A DNA stretch of 64,000 nucleotides. Source: Chrysomallon squamiferum. Taxonomy: Eukaryota > Animalia > Mollusca. A program made the translations under genes and the position numbers. The DNA lies in assembly GCA_012295275.1 (NCBI GenBank), contig CM022670.1, forward strand, positions 6,448,001 to 6,512,000. The letters are read 5' to 3'. The notes under the pieces are model-generated. The model did not search any database and was not told the DNA's origin. It saw only the letters and a program-made list of their open reading frames with translations. Positions 55,882-64,000 of this stretch are shown in pieces. Numbering within the stretch: position 1 is the stretch's first letter; each line of letters begins with the position of its first letter.

Positions 55882-55972
55882 TTGTATCAGTTTTACTTTT
55901 ATCTTTTTAAATCATACAACACAACATAAATATAAAAAAACATTTATAAATATCTTAATATTTTCTAATTTG

Positions 55973-56014
<42 letters not shown>

Positions 56015-56392
56015 CTCTCGATTTCCTAGACGTCCTAAAAAAATTAAAGTAAAAAAAAAAACAACAACGAAAGATCGACCAATGTTTTTTGGTAAAACAC
56101 ACCATTTTTCAATTACTTAAACGTCAAGTGGTGAAGAGTCTGGGCTATTTCTGTTGTTTGCGTGATAGCTTACTCAGTTAATATGTCCGGCTGTACGTAA
56201 TGGAGTTGGAGAAATTACTGTAATACGAAGAAACACAACAAGATGACGGGAGATGAAGACATCTGACCTTTTTCTCGCCGACTGCCTGATTACATAAAGT
56301 GTACTTTGTTTCCACCCTCCGGAATACCGAGCATGTTTGTTTAGACGGGATTAAATAGAAAATGATGCACACACATGTACACCAGGGAGTCA

Positions 56393-56491
<99 letters not shown>

Positions 56492-57149
56492 GGAGAGGCA
56501 GACAGAGAATTAATTCTGTGTTCAAGCAGTCTAAACACATACACACCAGTGCGATAAGAGAATCAGTCAATCGGTACGTCTAGCTACAATGTAATACGTA
56601 ATTTCAAACCTGACAATTATTAAATGGTGCATGTTAGTAATATAATTATGCTGTGTAAATGGAAACCCTCTATAGACATTGCACGGGCTATTTTTAAACA
56701 AAAACAGAACCAAACATATATTTTTATAAACACACACTTTCCTAGACAACACACAACACTCTTTGATAAATTAGCCTTAGGTGGAACGGGAAAAAGCACA
56801 GCTCCGTAATCAAATTTATATATATCATCACATCTGAAAGGAGCAATCTAACAACTGAACTAAGAAATGTGAAGGTGTATTCTATCTATCTCTACACGTG
56901 AATGGGGAAAGCCGCGGAGACAATGTTCCCACCAGATGATAACCTTTGGCTTGAAGTCAGAAAACAGTTTTGTTTGCGTTGTCATTGTTAGAATATCGAA
57001 ACCATTCTCTAATCCACTGGACATCGGCTGCTTCTTGAAAGACCCGCAGTGAAACACGCCGCTCTGTTTAAACTGAGCTGTCAACGATTTCGCCAATGTT
57101 TGTGATGTGTTTGTCTCACTTGATACAACAAACATTATTTTTAAAATCG

Positions 57150-57290
57150 CCCAGCTACTTCTTATTGCATTACGGCGAGACGCAAGGCATGCTGGGAAGA
57201 CCTTTTTCAGGCATGCGCTTTTGGGTTCTATCTATACGTGAATGGTTTTTATTTTTTTGTTGCTGGTAGTCGTTGGGAGTGTAGTGTGAA
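57150..57290. promoter_or_regulatory. Promoter-like island with ZNF143/Staf-type and NRF1-like motifs
   Basis: Minus strand has TTCCCAGCATGC (57187-57198) and ACTACACTCCCA (57274-57285). GCATGCGC at about 57211. Local CpG retention. Confidence 0.4.
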
Positions 57291-59486
57291 ATTAAATGTT
57301 AAAATAGTTTACACGTCTCAGTGGACTGACATGCTGTTATTCTCACGTTTAATGTTAGGAATGAGGGAGGGGTCCAGAGATGAATGGCAGAATGGATGAA
57401 AGTAACAACAAATGATGAATTGTTGAAAAAAAAAAATTTTTAAAAATGACATGAATAATTGGGGGAAAAAACAACAAAAACAAAATCCCTACGAGTGTGT
57501 GATAAATGGAATATTGAAAAATACGTTTTCTGGTTATACTTATTTGCTTTCCATATTACGTATTAAAGCTAGGTTAATTAATTTAATAGATGTAAAAGCA
57601 CGTAAACTGTGAAGCAAAATAGAACCAAAAAATCTTACAGACCTCGTTTATTTTCATGCATGTCAAAATACTAAACCAGCAGCAAAAAGAATATAGATAT
57701 AAACAAGAATATTTATCATGCATGTCCATGCACTCCCGTATCTTATTATACACAAAGTAACATCATATTTTTAGATATCGGCTACAGAAATCGATACAGA
57801 TCAAGCGGTGTATTAAATGAACGGTTATTAAATAAAAATCATGCTACAGGGATATTTCATTTCATATCGAAATTAGAAATAATCGGAGCCATGCTTAAAT
57901 TTAAAAGGAAAAAACTGTACTTTTTAAATTACATTTGTTATTACTTGTTTGGTGTGTGTATCTTACATATTATATTCCAACTACAGGGGGAAAAAAATCA
58001 TACATATATTAATTTATTAGCGAATATAAATGAATTTGTCAGTGTTGGTTGTCTAATGATATTAAGAGAGGAGAATTCTCTGTTTCCACACAGGGGACAA
58101 TAATTGCCAGCTAGCAAAATGAGATTTTTAATATACACCTTCTCGTAGAAAGTAAGCACAAAGTATCACTATTTTAAATATAACACCCACTGGGAAAGTT
58201 AATATCAATAATTGACAATATACAAAGTGTTTTCTAATAAACAAATAAAACATTAAAATACTGTCCAATGTTGATTTTAGCAAAGAACTTAGTCATTATT
58301 GAAACGAAATACCAGTTAATGACGATACTGCAATGAAAGTTTTTGTTTATTAAACAAAATAAATAGTTTGTTATACAGTAACGACTGCACTAACTAATAA
58401 AACTTTTAGTACATGTAACATTTTATGTTGAAGAAGAAGACTATTAATTCACATACCAAACAAGTTCATAACCTTTAACGACAATGGACGTGTTTCTGCG
58501 TCAGACACGTGATTAGCCGGATGGGTCATTTAATGACCAGTTGAGACAGCAAGCTGGTTTAAATTACCTGACTACGACAACACTGTGAGATAAACATCTG
58601 AAAAATGTTTTTAATGACCGCATTAGCTACACTGACACCATCCAGTGATTGATTCAAATCCTCAATTTCACGATTATTCACGAAGCAATTCCGTTGCAAT
58701 GGAGACGAAACGCGCCATTATATGATGACGTTACGACAGTGACGTCACAGTAATGACACCATTCTGTACGCCGTCAAGACAATAAGGGAGGTAATAGATA
58801 GAAGATTAACGAGTCTGGGTGAGGGTAATAAAGTTGACAGTAAACAGGTGTGTAATCACTGATAGGTAATGGACGAGTATTTGCTGTCTTCGCGGGGTTT
58901 AACAGTCACTGGTTTAATATCGTTGTCTGAAAGAGTGTCATCAAGCAAAGAGGCATACAAAACATTGACGAATTATTGTGCCAGTCGCAAAATACCACAT
59001 ATATCTCTCCTCGCTGGATCATGTCGTCTGTCTTGGGAAAATCACATCCTATTGTCTGCAAGGCGGCCATTTATCAAATAAACACTCGTCTTCTCTTATT
59101 ATAACATTTAGTCTTTCCTTTTCGTCTCCATTTTCTTCATTTTTCTTATTCTGTTCTCGATGCGGCTGTCGAATTTACATTCTTATGCTAAACAGGATCA
59201 GCTCTGAAGCGATTTTTCTATTAGGACTCGCGATTTAAAAAAAGATAAGCTTTGGAATCTGTCACGGCAACTTCTTTTTTTATTAAATGGCTTAGGTATA
59301 CCTCATGTTGGTATGAAATATATTTTATAAGAATTAAATAAGACAGTATGCGTTACTGTTGTTGTTGTTGCCAACAAATCTGTTTTTTGTAAGGGTTTTT
59401 TATTTTTATTTTTTTCTTTATTTTCTTTATTTATTTATTTATTTATTTATTATTATTTTTATTTTATTTTTTGTTATTATTATTAT

Positions 59487-59522
<36 letters not shown>

Positions 59523-60668
59523 GAAACACTCTTCATCTTGAAACCTACACCACACTCAGACAATGTTTCCACTCTTTCCGGACATTCTTGATCCTCCCTA
59601 CAAGATGACACTGACAAGTATCATGACGTAAACTTACGTCCTGTCTTCGCTCTCATATCTACAGATTAATTAAAATAGGCGTTCAACCGTGATTCAATTT
59701 AATCTCATTTAATACTTCACTGTGATGTAGATAATAACGTTATATGACTCGCCACATGTGATCAAGATTAAAAACCTGTTTTAGATGACAGAGAAATGCA
59801 ACCAGACAGTGAAATACACTCAAACTTTAATATGAAAATCATTTTTTCTTCTCTTTTTTTTTATTTATTTTGTTCTCTTTGATCGCTTTGTTGCTCCTAC
59901 TGTTCTTTGGCATCCTAACACTTTTAAAACGTGTTTATATCCATTGAAGGTTTAGGCAAAACTGTCGTAGACCAATAATTTAGAAAATTAAATCGTCTGT
60001 CCAGGACAATATACAAAATCACACAGAGAAGAGAGTCTTTTATATCTTATAATTTTCCACTTGTATTAGGAGCTATCCATGATATCTACAAAGTCTTCAG
60101 TTATTTAAAATAATAATAATAAATAAATAAATAAAATGAAGTTTCAAGACAAATGATTTAACTGCTAAAGCAGAGACTGGTATTTTTTTTTATTATTCTT
60201 TCTTCTTGTCAAACTTGTGAGACTCATTACGATCCTCAGTAAGTTATTAATTACTTGACATTTGTAAGCGAGAGACGCTGACCAAATTACTCACTTTTCC
60301 TTTGATTATTCCGCGTGTCTGTGAATTATTGGTCACTGGGGACATGGTCAAGAAGGACGGACACTTTGTTATTATATCTTGTCAAAGACATCTTTACGAT
60401 CGTTTTTGCCATTTGCCAGGCTTTCTCATATTGGTTTTCGAGATGGGTTTAATATGAAGTGAGCAATAAAGAAGAACGTTGTACACATGAAAACATTAAC
60501 ATATGGCACAATTATCCAGCATTTTATCATTAATCTTATATTTCTCATTTATATACAGAGTATTTCTTTTTAATCTCATTTTTTGTGTACGTTCTCTTTA
60601 TATCTCTCTTTTCTATGTTTTTCTTCCCTTCTTTCTCTATTTCTCCAATTCTTTTTCTCTGATTTTTA

Positions 60669-60744
<76 letters not shown>

Positions 60745-63514
60745 CTCTGTATTACATCGAGTCGACTGTAACTCAAATTTGCATTCCAAAGGCATAATGT
60801 TTATCGAACAACAATTTTTAATATATATATATTTTTTTTTCATATGACCTATTATGGAATACACGAAGATCTAAATAATCGGGAGAAAGTTTTAATTATA
60901 AAACTAAAACTATGAAATACAAAACAGGTGTTTTATATTTCATTTGTTAACATTTAATCAAAAGATGAGAAAACATTTTGAAAAGCGTATTTTTCTTAAA
61001 TAGACGCAGCACAAAGAATGTTCATTATTCCGGCGCTCATTAATAAAATAATTGCGGACGTTCTTCCTTATTAAATTGTTGAGTCCTGGTACCACGGTTC
61101 ATCGGAAAGTGAACAGCACGACCCGCGATACCAACTCGTTTTCAGTGAAGTGTCCAACAGCATACAGCGAAATTCCCGCGAGCGTTAGATGATGCAAATT
61201 GGCTTCAAACCATCGAAACATATTGTCTTGGAAGACAGCGGGTACAAGAGAGAGGCGACTCGTTATAAATCGATGTTTGCTGCAGTGTATACTCGACGGA
61301 GATGCTTCATGCGAGAGTCATTATAATTACAACAGAAGTGTGTAGCTACTAACTTTGATTTCCAACAATGCAGCATAAAGCGAGAATCCAGAGTATTCCT
61401 TAGCCGCGCCCGTTTCTACGTTTGTAACGAAATTAATATATTATCTGTCACTGTTATATATGCTGATAATAAAACTCATTTCATCTTGAAGTTTCACATT
61501 ACTTATCTTCTACACTTTCTAAACTCGTGTATCTTTCTCTGAACGTTACATCTTGATTTTTTATTATTTTTGTTTCTTTAATCAGTTCTGTTAAATTATT
61601 GTCATATAGTTGTGTTATGCGTATATTTTTTTATGACTGTAATGCATGAATGTTATTTTTATAATTTTAGATAAATAAAATATGTTCTACTAGTTGTAAT
61701 AGCAAGGAAGAAAGAAGGAGTAAAGAAAAAGAAAGATATAATGAAATACAACAGATAATTGTTTGAGAAATGATGGAAATAAAACAGAAATATAATAATT
61801 CTAAAAATTTGATAAAACTGCATGAAAACTAATAAAGAGTAGAGAATTACTTTGTGTATTAGAGAGAGAGACAGACAGACAGAAACAAATAATAATTACA
61901 GCGTGCAACCAAATATAAAGAGAACACTGTTATTATTGTTGTTATTATTATTATTATTTATTATTATTATTTTATTGGAATTATTTTATTATCATTACCG
62001 TCATTATTACTATTATTATTACTACTACCACTGCTGCTACTACTACGACTACTACTACTATGATTGTTATTATTATAGTCAATGTCACTGCTGTTTATCA
62101 TCAAAATTATGACAGTGTAATGGATGTTAGCATCATTATTATGTCATCTGCGTCAGAGCGTATCTAAATCATAGCGTCATTTTACTAAATAATTCTCTCC
62201 CTTTCAATTTTTTTTTTTTTTTTTTTTTTTTTAATTTTCAAAAATAAATAAATAAATTTTAAAACTCGGTTTACCGAAACTCTAGCTCAGTTAGCAAGCA
62301 AGTCTTGTAATGTTAACAAAAGAATGCCGAGAAGCATTTCTTGCATTCTTTTAATTTCTTCCCTTTTCTTTAATTTCTTCAACTGTGAACGCAATAACAA
62401 ATCTAAGTATCTAAAATAACCGAGCCGTTTAATAACATAAATATATAATAAACTTACCCAAATTACGAAATCCACGTGAAAGATGTTTAGCTCCGGCTAC
62501 TTTCTCATGCTAACATTATCTCCAATAAAACACCAAACTGTCGGCATCTGAAATGTTATAAATCGCACACAGGCACTGATCGATCCAGTTAAACACCTGT
62601 GGTTAATCCGCCGCCATCCGCCAATCAAATGGCTGCTAGGCGACAGTTAGCCCCACCCATTCACGATCAGTTACGATGTTGGTCGTCTGACGCAGAGCAG
62701 TGCGATCATTTTCGTTTTCGTTCTCTTTGAATGTGATACGTGTGTATACAATAGAGAGTTAGACACACAGAGATACAGATATGTGGATGGACAGACATAT
62801 AGACAGACAAACAGATAGATGGCTGATGAATGGATGGATAGTGGATGGATGGCAGATACACAGACAGACAAATAGATAGATGGATGGACAGACAAGCAGA
62901 CAGATATGTAGACTGACAAACAGACTTAGCGACAGTAAGACAAAGATACATTTATATTCAGATGCCTGTTAGAAAGCTGAAATATGGATGTCAAACTAAT
63001 TTTATTTTATAGATTTCAGATACTGTACAGACAGACTAATTGATCTGAACAATGGTGACTTAAACATTAACTGTTTGCTCTGTTTACGTCTTTCAGTTTG
63101 TGAATATTCTGGTTTTGATAGCATTCTTTTGACAAGGGTTGTGTTGTTATTGTGAGGTTGTTTTGTGTAGGTTTTTTAGGTGTTTTTTTTTTTGTTTTTG
63201 TTGTTGTTGCTGTTGTTAGTTTTGTTTTGTTTGTTTGTTGTGGGTTTTTGCAGCTCTTTGTTTTGTTTTGTTGTTTTTTATTGTTTTTTATTTGGAGGTT
63301 TTCGAGCCGGGAATATGATCCCATCACCTCTCCTTATTTTGTTTGCAGAATAAGCGTTGAACATAAGTTATTTTATATTGTACATATCTTTGTGTGTTTG
63401 TATCTTGGTGAGTGTGTTAAGATGGGTATTTATATAAGTATGTGTGTCTGTGTGCGTGCAGGCTCACGTATGTGTCTGTGTATTTTTGCGTTTGTGCCTG
63501 TATGTATGTGTGTG

Positions 63515-63556
<42 letters not shown>

Positions 63557-64000
63557 AAGTGATCAATAGTTAAGTGGTTTATAATGAAAATCTGAATGGG
63601 TAGAATATGAATGGGTTTTATATTACTTAATACATTTTTATTTAATTGATTTGAATTGTTATTAGTCTAACTGGATTCTTCTTTATTTACAAGCTAAGTT
63701 TACAGGAAATACAAAATTACATATAGGATAACATCATAGCAGTGTACAGAGCAAATCTTATGTTTGCTAGATCAAGTTTTTGTTAGTTTGCTTTTTTCTC
63801 TCTCTATCTCTTTATTTTTATTTATTTACTATTACTACTACTACTAACACTACTACTACTACTACTACTACTACTACCACTACTACCACTACTCCAACTG
63901 CTACTACTACTATTACTACTATTACTATTACTATTATTACTATTATTATCTCAATGTCAGTGGTTGTCGTTTTCTCAACTCAAACGTTGTCAACTTTGTG

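Overview
Eukaryotic, AT-rich, microsatellite-dense genomic DNA from an invertebrate, probably a mollusc (inferred from protocadherin style and repeat content; not verified). One protein-coding gene is supported: a minus-strand delta-type protocadherin with signal peptide, 7 cadherin repeats, a TM helix and a cytoplasmic tail. A single 2.7-kb exon (46272-48992) encodes the ectodomain, TM and juxtamembrane region. It splices in frame to two cytoplasmic exons (41363-41486, 40440-40996), giving 1133 aa. A candidate non-coding first exon lies near 53.3-53.5 kb and a poly(A) signal near 39.4 kb. The most notable observations are an 18-nt frame-preserving candidate microexon (42790-42807), a tail combining CM1-like, PP1-docking (KRVTF) and WIRS-like motifs, a degenerate EC6-EC7 calcium site, and a uORF that alternative acceptors could toggle. 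The rest is non-coding: microsatellites, minisatellites, decayed tRNA-derived SINEs and CpG-retaining islands rich in TF motifs. No prokaryotic features (CRISPR, operons, IS elements) are seen, and I found no clearly novel multi-gene system.
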